Of a DNA stretch of 64,000 nt, positions 35,966 to 47,684 are shown piece after piece. How positions within the stretch are numbered: position 1 is the first letter of the stretch; every line of letters starts with the position of its first letter. The stretch covers positions 310,001 to 374,000 of the forward strand of contig JAIVFI010000031.1 in assembly GCA_025558095.1 (NCBI GenBank), given 5' to 3'. The DNA comes from Hyaloraphidium curvatum SAG 235-1 (lineage: Eukaryota; Fungi; Monoblepharomycota). The position numbers and the translations under genes were made by a program. The notes below the pieces were generated by a model. The model did no database searches. It was not told the origin of the DNA and saw nothing but the letters and a program-made list of their open reading frames with translations.

Positions 35966-37025
35966 ATGGCCGGCGCACCGGGAACCCTCGAGGCATCGGT
36001 GCCTCCGAACCAGACCCTGTACGTGCGCAATCTCAACGACAAGCTGGGGAAGGAAGGTGGGCGCCTCTTTGCTGCCGCGTGCCGGAACGCGCCCTCCAAC
36101 GGCCCCGATTCGCGGCAGTCCTCAAGCGCAACCTCTACAACCTCTTCTCCTCCTTTGGCCGCGTGCTCGACATCGTCGCCCTCAAGACGATGAAGATGCG
36201 TGGGCAGGCACACGTCGTCTTCGAGGACATACCCGGCGCGAGCGCCGCGCTGCGGGGGCTGCAGAACTTCCCCTTCTTTGACCGGCCGCTGGTGCGTCCC
36301 CCTTGCCGCCCCGCACAAGGGCCACTGACGCGCCCGATGCAGAAAATCTCGTACGCGAAATCCCGGTCCAACGCCGTCGCGGTGCACCAGGGCACCTACG
36401 TCTCGGCCGCGGACCTGGCGGCGGCGCGCAAGTCCGCGCAGCCCAAGAAGGCCGGCGCGGCGTCGTCGACCAACGGGCCCGTGTCGGTCGGGGTGCCGAA
36501 AAAGCGGGGCAAGGACGACGGGGAGGAGGGGGACGACGAGGGGGACGGGGAGCAGAGGAAGCGGACGAGGAGGGAGGAGGACGGGTCCGAGGGGTCCGGT
36601 GGGTCGCTTTCGGGGCGTCATCGAAGGTCAGACGCTCACCATTGTGCAGATATGGAGACCGAGGACGTGGAGGAACGGCCCGCCGGCGTGGCGGGCGCCG
36701 CGAGCGCGCCCTTGCCGGAACCGCCAAACAAACCCAACCGGATCCTCTTTGTCTCGAACCTCCCCGCCGAAATCACCGACGAGATGCTCAGGTGCGTTGC
36801 CACGCGCTCCTTGTCTTTGCCCCCGCTCATCCGCCGCTCGACAGCCTCCTATTCCAACAATACCCCGGCTTCAAGGAGGTCCGCCTCGTGCCCGGCAAGA
36901 CCGACATCGCCTTTGTCGAGTTCGAGACCGAGGTTAACGCGACGACGGCGCGGGACGTGCTGGACGGATTCAAGCTGACGCCGCGGGACCGGATGAACGT
37001 CACGTTCGCAAAAGTCGGGACGTGA
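35966..37025 (+). CDS. MSL1: U2 snRNP B''/U1A (SNF-family) two-RRM protein; multi-exon
   Basis: [84 protein letters not shown]. Confidence 0.92.
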
Positions 37026-37064
37026 GAGGATGTAGCACCGTATTTCCGGCAAAAGAGGAACGAG

Positions 37065-38305
37065 CTAGGATCGCTTGACCTTCTCCTCGTGCAGAATTTT
37101 GGCAGCTTCGTGCTTGACGTTCATGGCAACCTGTCGTTGGAGCCGTTAGAGACTGCGAAGCCCCACGGAAAGGCATACCAACAGCTTTGAACCACAAGAG
37201 ATCGTCGATGTCCGCGATTCGCCAGCGAAGCTGCGTGCCCCACAAGCGCACGTTCTTGTTTGGGGACATCATGTTGCTGTGTACCGTGAACTTGATGGGT
37301 CTCTTTCGCTCCTCCGCGAAGATGACCTCGCGCTTCGAATTCCGGTGCTCAAAGAAGACGTTGGCAGTCAGCTCCACATCTACGTAGAGGTAGAATCCGT
37401 CCGAAATGAGCTCCCCGTCAAGGGTATTGTACCAGTTCCATACGGCCCCTGCGTGCACCTGAACCGCTCTGAAAGATACCAAGTGCGCTTGAAAAGCGGA
37501 TCCAGCATAGCTAGTTGCCCGCGGTCCACTTCGAACTCGGGACCTAATGCAACAAGCGGCCCCGCAACAATCGTGGCGGCGATTCATTGGAAATGCTGAT
37601 GGTGATCGTTTCTTTTTTCTTCTCCAGCTTTGCGAGCTCCTCATCGAGGTACGCGGCGAGCGGCTTTGTGCAAACTTTGTGCAGCGATAAGCGGTCCCGG
37701 GAGAGCACATCTAGGAAGCGCTTGAGGGCCAACTCCGCTCCGAGGGGAAGCTTCTCCTCGACGTATTCCTTGACGCAATCGCGGCCTTCCAGCATGGCCA
37801 AGGAAGGTCCGTTATCCTTGGGGATGGGGTACCCATAGACCATATCCAAAATTGGCGGCTCCGGACAGCAGCGATCTTTTCGAGGACCTTGAGCGTCCCG
37901 AGGTCAGACAGCTGCCCAACCTCCGCCGGAGCAGCGTGCGCACTTGCTCCTCCCGGTTAAACATGTGGAACATATCCACATAGTACTAAGCCTTCTGAAG
38001 TAGAAGATCGTGTCGTAAATGTGCTGGAATGCATTCCTTTCTTCCGTCGGACCGAACAGAGCCCGTGACGAGCCGCGGGAACGCCTCCTCCGACGTCGGA
38101 TAGCCGGGATTCAGTCTCGGTTTTCCTTGCCAGAGGCTGAGTCCGAATAGTTGCGTTCAAGGGTGGTTCCCAAGACGAGGCCCCCGAGTCCCCTTGGTGG
38201 GAAGGCCCGGCAGGAAGCGAGCGAAAAGCGCGTCCACCGCGGCATCGACGAAGCAGAGGGCTTTAAAAATCGAGGAAAGGCGGCCATGGCTCTCGATGGG
38301 GCCAT
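37065..38305 (-). CDS. Hypothetical mitochondrial protein, possibly Tim44/Mba1/MAIP1-like; exon structure uncertain
   Basis: Presequence-like MAAFPRFLKPSASSMPRWTRFS. Coding-like exons GAELALKRFLDVLS...LAAYLDEEL, YLYVDVEL...WRIADIDDLL. Last exon ends at TAG 37067-37065. Confidence 0.45.
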
Positions 38306-38424
38306 CTTTGCCAGAGGCTGCGAGGTCGCGACGCCTTTCCACGCGGCTGCACGTCGCGGACTCATCGTGCGATCGCCGCCGCGTTCGAGCCGCACTCCCC
38401 CCGTGCCGAAGACGGCGGATTAAA

Positions 38425-39723
38425 ATGAGCAAATTCTCGGCGTTACCCGACATCGACGACGCGCCGGACGTCTACGAGTCGGAGCCGGCGGCGCGGCGCG
38501 AGGAACCGCTGCCCGACGCGGACGAGCCCGACTCGGAGAACATCGCGCACCCGCGCGTCGCACCTGCGGAAGCGCGCAAAAGATTCGGCGGCGCCGTCGT
38601 GGACGCGCGCAATGCCGATTTCGACGGCGCGCGTGGCTACCGCACCGCGTCGCGTGAGGTTTACGAGGACGACGGCGATGTCGAGTCGCCGGCAGAGACT
38701 CTCGCGCGCCTGGGCCGCGAATTGGCGAGGCTTAAGCAGCGCATGGGTGCAAGTGCCGCGGTCAACGGGATTACAGGCGGAGAAGGGCGCCAGAAGGTTC
38801 TTCTGGACCAGGCACGTGCTTTGGAGGCCGATCTCGACGGACTGGAGCTCTCGCGTTTGGGAGGAATGGCCGGAGCAACGGATCAGGCCGCGCAGAAGTC
38901 GCTGATGAAGCAGTTGGCCGCGTTCAAAGAGGCCAAAGGCGCCACTCGGGCTCCCAAGGCCGCGGCCTCGGAAGGCGCAGCCGATGACGGTCCGGACGGG
39001 GCAAAGCTCACGTACGAGCTTTACTTGTCGCCCGATTCTGCCGCCTCACACCAGGTTTCGGTGCTTGCCGAGATTGACGGGCGCTTGGCATCCCTGGAAA
39101 AGCTTATCGGACCAGCGCCGGACCCAGAGGCGCTCATCCTTCCGAGCGGCGGCATCCAGCAGCCTCAGCCTTTGCTTGCCGCAGTGGAAAAGATGGAGCA
39201 GCAGCTCAATCTCCTCACGCAGCCCCGCGCGCTGGACGTGCTCGCGATGAAGGTGCGGCGGCTTGCGGCCGACCTCGACCGCATTGCGGAGGCCAGAACG
39301 AGGCTCGCTGTCCCGTCGGTCGAAGCCGCGGGCTCCGCGGCCAGCTCCCGCTCGCCTTCCCCCGCCCGAATCGCGAATGCTCCCGGTGGCGGCGGCGCCG
39401 GCTCTGAGCTGGTGCCTGCATCCGCCATCCGCTCGCTGTTTTCCACCATCACAACGCTGCAGCCCTTGATACCCCAAATCCCGCAGCTGCTTCTGCGCCT
39501 GCGCGCCCTGCAGCAAGTGCACGCGGACGCCGTGACGCTGGTCGATTCGGTGGCTGCGGTGTCCGAGTCACAGACCAAGCTGGACGGCGAGGTGCGCGAG
39601 CTGAAGATGCTATGCTCGAAGCTTGAGGAGAGCATGATGGACAATGCTTCGCTGGTCGAGAAGAACGTCGAGACCCTCGGCGCCAGGATCGACGGATTGA
39701 AGGCGATGATCAAGGGCGCCTAA
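38425..39723 (+). CDS. DCTN2: Dynactin subunit 2 (dynamitin/p50)
   Basis: MSKFSALPDIDDAPDVYE, ESPAETLARL..EL, LTYELY, RLASLEKLIG, IPQLLLRLRALQQVH, NASLVEKNVETLGARI. Confidence 0.9.
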   Translation: MSKFSALPDIDDAPDVYESEPAARREEPLPDADEPDSENIAHPRVAPAEARKRFGGAVVDARNADFDGARGYRTASREVYEDDGDVESPAETLARLGRELARLKQRMGASAAVNGITGGEGRQKVLLDQARALEADLDGLELSRLGGMAGATDQAAQKSLMKQLAAFKEAKGATRAPKAAASEGAADDGPDGAKLTYELYLSPDSAASHQVSVLAEIDGRLASLEKLIGPAPDPEALILPSGGIQQPQPLLAAVEKMEQQLNLLTQPRALDVLAMKVRRLAADLDRIAEARTRLAVPSVEAAGSAASSRSPSPARIANAPGGGGAGSELVPASAIRSLFSTITTLQPLIPQIPQLLLRLRALQQVHADAVTLVDSVAAVSESQTKLDGEVRELKMLCSKLEESMMDNASLVEKNVETLGARIDGLKAMIKGA

Positions 39724-40020
39724 TGGGAATGGTTTGCGGTGGCGAGCCATTGTAGTGTGTCTCAAATACCCTGTACATCGAAAGAGAAGCAGAATTCTAA
39801 ATGGGATCGATTCCGGTTGCGGTGCAAGTGACAGAGCCAAAAGCCAGCGGATCCATGCCGCACTAGCTTGCGCAGTCCTGCAAATCCATTTCCAACCCGA
39901 TAATCGTGCCAACCATTAGCACATCGAGTCCGAGCCGGAATATGGCATCCGCGGCAACCATGGCCGCGCGCGGGGATGTTGGCAGCAACCGGCGCTGCTC
40001 ATCTGCGAGTCCAAGGACGC

Positions 40021-41103
40021 TCAGTGGCTGTAATCATAGAGCTGCTGCGGGCTCTTGAGGGTGATACCGTAGCCCTTGACCTCCTTCTTGGCAAACTCTC
40101 CCGCGTGCCCGTCGTCGTAGACCTTGCCGCCCTTCCGGCGCTCCTTCAGATCCCGCCTCAGCCAGCCCTCCACGACCCGCATGAGCGGGCTCATGCCGCT
40201 CACGGCGCTCTCGGCGGCGTACTGCTTGAGCTCGGGGATGTCCTCGACGCGGTGCACGGCCCTGATCCGCCCGCCGGCCATGTGGGCGACGTGGGTGGGC
40301 CAGTTCCCGAGGCCGTCGAAGATGTGCGTGGCGTAGACGATGGTCGCCGAGCGATCCTCGCTCTCCCGCCTGAGGAAGCCGAGCAGGTCCTGCCGCACGA
40401 CGACGTCCAGGTCCACCGTGACCTCGTCCAGGAGGAGCACGCGGAACGGCTTCATGAGGCCCATGACGATCTGGACGCGCCTCCGCTCGCCGTCCGAGGT
40501 GGCGTTCATGTGCCACGAGGGGTTGGCGTCCATGAGCTCCAGCAGCTCGGCAGTGCGCTCGGGGTAGGTGTCGGCGCCGCTGGTCTGCAGGAGGCGGGAC
40601 ACCGGGAGGTCGCCCCGGACGACGGGGTTCGTGGCCCATTCGGTGCCCAGGTACGTGAGGTCCTGTTGGAATGGATGGTCAGCACTGTAGTTCGGGCGAG
40701 AAAAGCGCCCAAAAGCGAGCTTGGACGGACGTGGAGCGACATCCCCGGATCACGCGACAGGAGGGCTCGAACACCGCCAAAACTCGGTCCATCAAGCCCA
40801 ACGGCCTCATAGACCAGCCCACAGCGCCCGAAACTGCTCCCAACGATCGACAGGCCGTTCGGAGAAACTCACCGGGATGTTGTCAAAGAAGGCGCGGTAC
40901 CCCAGCAGCTCCACCTTGCCCTCCCGCACCATCCTCTTCCCGGCCAGCACCCTCAGTAGCGTGCTCTTCCCCGCGCCGTTGGCGCCGATGAGCAGGCACC
41001 GCGCGCCGGCGGGCAGCTGCAGTGTGACGTCCTTGAGGATCGGGGGGCCGTTGAGGGCAAAGGTGAGGTTCTCGACGTCGACGACGTGCGGGGCCGAGGA
41101 CAT
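40021..41103 (-). CDS. CAF16: CAF16-like soluble ABC ATPase (CCR4-NOT associated); multi-exon
   Basis: GARCLLIGANGAGKSTLLRVLAGKR, TYLGTEWA, WHMNATSDGERRRVQIVMGL, LLDEVTVDLDV, VYATHIFDGL. Confidence 0.9.
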
Positions 41104-41384
41104 TGCGGCGGGGAGAGGGGGGCTGCGGGGTTTGTTTCGGGAGAGGAAGGGTGCCTTGGGGGCGGAGTCGGTGGTGAAGACGAATCGGCTTTCTTGTTCT
41201 GGGACGCCCATCCCCGCCGGGTCCTCGGCAAAGTTCATGCGGTCCCCCGATCGCCGCAGTAAAGCTATCCCGACAGCTTCAGGGATAGCGACGTTCACCC
41301 ATCAAACGCTCTCAGAGTTACACTGTACACTAACTGCATCAATCGCCTCGAACCGGCCAGCTTCCCTTGAAACGGCTCGGACTA

Positions 41385-41674
41385 TCACTTCCCCTTGATT
41401 TCCCGCACGTACGCCTTCTTCCCGTAGCAAACAACGTCATGATCGGGCCCGTGCTCGATGTGCGGGGGCCTTTCGTTCTGGTAGACCTGCTGGATTGCCC
41501 GCGGGATGGCGTAGAGGTTGCTGTTCGACCCCCAGGGTTTCTGGAACTTGGCCGCGTGAAGTCGCCGGCCTTCTGAATCGCGGCGCACCGCTTCTCGGCG
41601 TCCGCTTTGTCCGTGGGCCCGACGACCGTCATGTGGCCGCCGCCCTGGGTGGGAACGCAGACGACGTACGACAT
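41385..41674 (-). pseudogene. Small frameshifted ORF (about 96 codons), possible minimal 2H-phosphoesterase-like protein
   Basis: Coding-like MSYVVCVPTQGGGHMTVVGP...GDF continues in another frame as AAKFQKPWGSNSNLYAIP...PPHIEHG...YVREIKGK*. No intron at the switch near 41555. Confidence 0.35.
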
Positions 41675-42003
41675 GGCGGCCCCGGCGCCGGTGGCTGCAA
41701 GAGCCAGCGGCGTAAGCTTTTCGGAGTGCCGAGCTAGTGGTCGTAACGGTGCTGTGCCTCACAATTGAAAGGGCGGCGATTAGTTTGGCTTGGTTCGAGT
41801 GCCTGAAGTCGGCGGTTGCGAAAGGGTCCAGCGAGTGTCGTTGCAACTGCAGGTCACAGTTCATCCGCAAAGGCCTCGGAAGGCGACCTGACGCAGAGGA
41901 AGCGTCCGTGGGATACTGCCGCCGACGGCAGCGCAAGAAGGAGCTGTTCGGAAGAGGGGTGACCACGGGTCCGGCGACGACAAAGGATCACCTGGCAAAG
42001 CAC

Positions 42004-42801
42004 ATGGGGTACGATAATTGGATCAGCCTGTGGGAGGATGTTACGGGCCTCGACTGCGACTCGCAGTGCCCGTGCATCCGCCCTGGGGTCGGCACCCACA
42101 GGATCGAGGACCCCGTGGGCGCACACGTCGGAGTCATGTCGAGCACCGGAGCGGTCCTGCTCGGCTTCGTGCCGACGTGCAGGAAGTGCAACGCCCGGAA
42201 CCAGTACGGCCGCCCCAACAACTTTGCCGCCGGCTGCGAGCTGGTCGTGGCGGCCGTGTACGAGAACGAGAACGAGGATTTCGAAGATCCCCAGGTGATT
42301 TGGGAGAAGCTGACCGCCCTGGTCGGACCCCGGTTCTCGTGGAAGCAGCTCGGCACCCGCTACCTGAACCTGCGCGACAGCGTGCACCTGAGGCCCAACA
42401 TCGCGCCGCGCCATCCCCAGCGCGCAAACACGCAGTACGGAGACTACGGATCGGAGGAGGTGCAGTGGCCCCCGCCGCCTTTGGCGCGACCGCAGCTTCA
42501 CGGCTCCGCGACAAGGTCCAGCGGATCGCGCTCAGAGCGCGTTGCGCACTACGCCGATGCTTATGCCGATCCCTATGCCGATCCGTACGGCTTCGACGGT
42601 ACCGCCGCGTCGTTCGGCACGGGCCGATCCCAGCCGGCGCGTGCCCCCACGGGCCCGTTGGGGGCCGCGGAGGCGTCCTACTACCCCGGCCAGCAGCAGA
42701 TTGCGTACCCTCCCTCCTACCCTCCCACGGCGACGTACATCCAGGGAAAGGAGGAGACCGAGCCCGCGCCGCCGCGCGAAGGGGACTGCTGCTGCTGCTG
42801 A
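42004..42801 (+). CDS. His-Me finger/HNH-like domain protein with Pro/Tyr-rich tail and terminal CCCC
   Basis: WISLWEDVTG..C...CPC...VGAHV...FVPTCRKCN, YADA/YADP repeats, ends EGDCCCC*. Start may lie further upstream. Confidence 0.55.
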   Translation: MGYDNWISLWEDVTGLDCDSQCPCIRPGVGTHRIEDPVGAHVGVMSSTGAVLLGFVPTCRKCNARNQYGRPNNFAAGCELVVAAVYENENEDFEDPQVIWEKLTALVGPRFSWKQLGTRYLNLRDSVHLRPNIAPRHPQRANTQYGDYGSEEVQWPPPPLARPQLHGSATRSSGSRSERVAHYADAYADPYADPYGFDGTAASFGTGRSQPARAPTGPLGAAEASYYPGQQQIAYPPSYPPTATYIQGKEETEPAPPREGDCCCC

Positions 42802-42963
42802 GCTTCGGCGGTTCCGCCGTTGAGGAATGGAAAGGAGGTTGTGACACAGAATCGCAATGTGCAGCTCGGGTATCCTACACAGTTCCACACAAGTCCACGT
42901 TTGGTATCTCCTGTCGTCCACCTGCACCGGGAACCGTGTCCACAGCACTCCCCACTCCGGTTT

Positions 42964-43614
42964 TCAGACGGGCACGCCCCTCGAGTTCCCCCCGACGCCC
43001 GCCCGAGGATCCCCCTTTCCCAGGCTGGCGAGCAGCACCCTCCCCGCTGCCGACAGGTCGACGACCAGCGTCGGCAGCAGCGCCAGCATGTCGTCGTCGC
43101 TCGGCTGCGCCTCGTGCGGGTCGCCCTCGGCGGGGTGCCACGGGAACACGGTCCGCAGCCGCGGCGGGGGTGGCGGGTCGGCGGCTCCACCGGGCGCTTC
43201 GGCCTCGGGTGGCAAGGGCGGCGGCCGCCCGTCGAGGTCGTAGCCGCGCAGGTCCGAGGCCGAGTAGAACGTCCGGGCAAATGTGAGCATGGCGGCGCAC
43301 CGCAGCAGGTCGGCGGCCAGGGCGGCGAAATCGACCAGCAGCAGCTTCGCCCTCGACGGCTGCTCGCGGCCCAGAAAGTCCAGCACGATCGACCACGGGT
43401 TGGCGCCGCCGAGCGCGTGTGCCGCGGCGCAGACGGCGTTTGGCGCCACGGCGGCCCACGCGTGCGCGGCCGGGCGGAGACGGGGCCCGAACGAGTGCGC
43501 CGCCAGCCGCAGCAGCAGCAGCGGCAGCGACGCGTCGAGCACGAACGAGTAGATCGCGAGCAGCACGCCCAGGCGGGACAGGCTGCCCACGAGGCGCCGC
43601 ACGTATATCTGCAT
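42964..43614 (-). CDS. Dsc4/Vld1-like (DUF1746) membrane protein of the Dsc E3 ligase complex
   Basis: LAIYSFVLDASLPLLLLR...IVLDFLG...SRAKLLLVDF pattern. Confidence 0.6.
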   Translation of the reverse strand: MQIYVRRLVGSLSRLGVLLAIYSFVLDASLPLLLLRLAAHSFGPRLRPAAHAWAAVAPNAVCAAAHALGGANPWSIVLDFLGREQPSRAKLLLVDFAALAADLLRCAAMLTFARTFYSASDLRGYDLDGRPPPLPPEAEAPGGAADPPPPPRLRTVFPWHPAEGDPHEAQPSDDDMLALLPTLVVDLSAAGRVLLASLGKGDPRAGVGGNSRGVPV

Positions 43615-43801
43615 GGTGCTTTTCAGAGAATCAGAGTCTAGAAACCGGGACTACAAAGATACAAAACCCCCTACCCTCCCTTAACCTCAACTACAATTGG
43701 GAAGCAGTTGTTGATCCAGCGAGTGGTCATCACAGCTTTTGGCTTGCGATGGTCTAACTCGAGCTCCATTGGCACTTTCTGCGGCCGTTCCCAGGACCGT
43801 T

Positions 43802-46096
43802 CTATTCGTCGCCCTCCTCCTCCATCTCGTCGTCGTCATCACCGTCCGCCTCGGCCGTGCCCGCATCCTCGCCCGCAATCGCCGCACCGCTCGCGGCCTT
43901 CTTGCGGCTCCGAGCCCCGTCTGTGCCCTTGGCCTGCTTGGTGATCATCCGCCTGTCCTTCCCCATCGCCGCATCCAGCCGTAGGAACTTGCAAAGAAGA
44001 TGTTCCCAGTACAGGAGGTCCAGGAACACCGCGCTGGCGGTCGGTCTCCCCGACTTTTGCGGGGGATAGCCCCACTTGGTCAGGAAGTCCTCGACGTCGG
44101 CGTAGACCTCGGACAGCTTCCACCCGTTCGACCTGAAGAAGGCCGCCGCGCGCTCGGACCCGAGCCCGAGGTCGAACTTGTCGATCGGCCCGTCGGGCAG
44201 CTCGAACCACTCCTCGCAAAAGTAGAAGATGTCGCCCAGTGCCAGCAGGAGCATCAGCTTGCCCGCGTACGTCTTGCGCCGCTCCGGCTTCAGCGCCTCC
44301 AGCTCGCCCTTGTCCTCCAGGTTCTCGAGGTACGTGTTCATCAGCTCTTCAAGCTCCTTCTTGATCGGCCAATGGCGAACGTCCTTTCCCGCCTCGACGA
44401 AGTCGCTCCAGCGCAACTTGCACTTCTCCCCGCGCTTGAGGAAGGCCATCGACATGCACATTTCGAAAGCGCCGGCCGCAAGGTCGGACAGCAAGCCGCA
44501 GTGCTCTGCAAGGTCCTCACGGCCCAGCTTGAGGATCTTGTTTAGCGGGGTCTGATACGCCGTAGGAGAGCATTGCATGTTCTTCGCACGAAGAACAGCT
44601 TCCTTCCATCCCAGCCTGGTCTTTGGTATTATGCAACGCCGGACGGTAGACCTCACCTGCAGCTTCCACCAGTATCTTGCGGTCTCGTAGTCGGCATACA
44701 CCCGGTTTTCGGTCTCCCGCTTTCCCTTCCAAAGCTTGACAGGGCGCAGGGCGATGTGGTCCGAAAAGGCCGGGTCCGAGAAGACTATAGAGGCCAGCGC
44801 AATCGGATCCCGGTAGTATAGGACGGGTTTCAATTGCTCGATGAGCTTCCGCTCGTGGGCCTTCAGAGGGGGGTCGAAGGCGTCGGGCATGATGTCCCAG
44901 ACCTTGAAGTCCTTCGAAGACGGTTAGTGAAGCCGTGGAATGGATGGCCGCCACGACTTACAAGCTCGCGCAACTTCCCATCCAGCCTTTCGTTCATCTG
45001 GTCCGCGCTCTTGAAGGTCAACACATCGGGCACAAGCTCGTTCAGCTTTCGAATGAGTCTATGGGGAGGGGATGAGCAGCTGCGTAATCTCCTCAACGAG
45101 AGCAAAGTACTCAGTTAGGTGGGCCTTGGGCAGCTTGGCCTTGAGCAGCCCGAAGTCCATCAGCCACTTGTCCAGCTCCGTGAAGCCCTCGTCCATGTCC
45201 TCCCAACGAGCGCTGTGTTCCGCGGCTTCCTCCGGCGATCCATATGGTTGTCCTGGTCGTTGATTAGCAACAAGGGCGCGGCAGCCGCAGGAGGTCTCAC
45301 CTGCCCCCTCGAACTCCTCCCAAATGCTAACCCCGTCCCCAGAATCCGACTCGTCCTCCGAGCCCTCAACCATGAAAGCGGGCTCTGCCTGCTCCTCCTC
45401 GTCGTCTTCCGCGTCCTGAGCCGCCTCCCCAGACGCCATGCTGCCCTCGTTCCGCTCCGCAGCAGCCTAGAAAACGGCGGTCACTGACGGGCAAGCGGAA
45501 CGCGACGTTGCCGTCACCTGTAGCTCGTCCTGCGTGGCAGCACCGTCCAGGACTCCAATGGCCGATTCCGTGCGGTGGCCCCGACGATCTCGACGCCATC
45601 GTCGTCGAGCTGGATATCGTGGATAGTGGCGTAGCGGTCAGGTCAAGCATCGAGCACGAAGCCGTCCACGTACATCAAGGAGGCCGTCCTCAAGTTCGCC
45701 GTCTTCGTCTTGCAGCGCATGCTGAGCTAAGCTCGAAACAACATCACGCGTGTCCGCGTGCTCGACGCGGTTCGAGGGGGATGAAGTCTGGCGAGGAGCA
45801 CCACCGAGTTGAAGGGTCGGCGACGTCGTGCCCTCAAGCTGTTGGCCTACTTCAGTCTGGGAAACGTGTACCTCAAAGTCATCGTCCACAATGAGGTCCA
45901 AGGAGCCGGATGGGCTAGGCTGGCGCGTTGAATAGTCCCCGGCGAGGTCGCTCCGTTGCGGACTCGCGGGGGGCGTATCCTCGACCTTCCAGACACTCCG
46001 CCTCGCCTGGATCCCGCATGGCTTGTTGGAAGCATAGTGTCTATATAGCGTGGTCTTCGGCAACGCGCCGCAAAATGGGCATTGCTCGTGTGGCAT
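43802..46096 (-). mobile_element. Plavaka-like transposase N-terminal region fused to an ADDT/aGPT-like helical domain (degenerate or domesticated element)
   Basis: N-terminal CPFC...YRHY...PC finger, FKSADQMNERLD, YYRDPIALASIVFSDPAF...RVYADYETARYWWKLQ (Plavaka-like). Then GKLMLLLALGDIFY...LGLGS...WEHLLCKFLR. Confidence 0.65.
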
Positions 46097-46215
46097 CTAG
46101 ACGTGATCTCGATATCGCGCGTAAACAAACGACCAGTCAAGCTCTCCAGCTCTCGAGCCCTGCGCAATGGCAACGGCTCGAATTCACCTGCAGTCCCGCC
46201 ATCACTGTTGCGACG

Positions 46216-47684
46216 ATGTCGAAGAACAAGGGTGCCCGCAAGGTGCGTGTCACCCATGTCACAGCTGGTCCTTCACCTTCTCGTGAACTCACCGAGGCGC
46301 GTCGGCAGCAGAAGCAGCCGCCGCAAGCCATGTTCGGGGGCGAATCGGACGACGTGGACCAGAATAGCGAGAGCAGCGGCTCGGATACTTCGTCCACCAC
46401 TGGCCGCGGGGTCGCCAGACGCGGGAGCCCACCAAAGAAGGATCCCGTCGTCGTGGCACTCTCGCTCACTGGCATGCATCGCCATCCGCAGCGGATCACA
46501 GCTACCAGGAAGGACGGTGGTTTCTCCGAAGGCGCGTTCCGGGGCGGACGAGGCGAAAAGTGCCTCCGGAGCGGATGACCAAGCACGGCGAGAGTGCCAA
46601 GGAGCGCCGCGAAAGAGAAGCACTGTAAGCTGACTTCGTGTCATTCAACGTGAGCCCTTGCTAACGGCGGCTTCTAGTCAAGTAGTCGAGAAGGGCGACG
46701 TGCTGGAGCGCTTCAAGATACTCGCCAAGCAGTACGCCATCACCGATAACGTCTTCGCCAAGTTCCCCGGAACGCCTCAACAGGCGCTCGTTGCCCGCCG
46801 TCGCAAACTCACGGAGCTGTTCAACAAGGCTGTTGGGCGTCAGGGCACGAATGCCGAGCTGGACATCTTCGACACATTCGTTGGTCTGGCGTTTCCTCGA
46901 TCCTGGATGATGCTCACATCCCTGTAGTTCCAGGACACGGTCAACGGATTCCGCGGGAACCTGGTAAACGAGTTCGGCAAGTACCTCGACCTGGGGGAGA
47001 ACTTGGCGACTCTCGGCATCCCTGGCGGCACCACTGACGAGGCAAAGAAGCAGGCGGCCTCGCGCATCGAGGCCTTGTTGAAGGACGACACGTCAGTAGC
47101 AGTCATTGCCGCGCTCCAGGGCTCCTGTTCACGGTGCTGCCTCACAGGTACCTTTGCCAAGACATGGACGCCAAAACCGGAACCTTCTGCAACAGTCTCA
47201 TCGTCGACTTCATCGAGACCAAGATCTACGGCATGACCTCGAAGAAGGCTGGCCGCATGATCGGGCATTCCAGCATCGAGGAGATGAAAGGTTGGTTCCA
47301 TCGCGAGCGCGTCGCACGAGGCCGACATTGACGCCTTCTACAACGTCTAGTGCCCTTTGGGACCATCTTCCTCGTTGCCACCATGTTCCAGCACTGTCTG
47401 GAGAACCTTCGGCGCAAGAAGCTCGGCGTGAAGCAGCTCAACTTCAGCAGCAAGGAGTCGCTGGCGGTGGAATCCTACCTTGACGAGGGCGACAGGCCGC
47501 CCAAGCCGATCATCAAGCAAGCTGTCGACATCATCTCGGCCATCGTCTTCGCGGAGGCCATAAGCCGCAAGGCGATAACGCGCGGGAGGCGGGCTAACGT
47601 CGGAGCTGAAGATTTGGAGAAGCTGGAGGCCGCAGAGAGGCAGGCCCGGATCGAGGCCGGCGAGGAGGAAGACGACACCCAGTA
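46216..47684 (+). CDS. Transposon-associated hypothetical protein (DUF6532-like); multi-exon
   Basis: Divergent from the Plavaka-like ORF (119 bp apart). GTFCNSLIVDFI...VPFGTIFLVATMFQHCLE...LNFS resembles DUF6532-type proteins. Confidence 0.4.

Noticed and set aside
35365-36978. 537-aa plus-strand ORF suggesting a large fusion protein
   Set aside because: It is the antisense of the mS26-like gene running into unspliced U2B''/U1A exons and introns.
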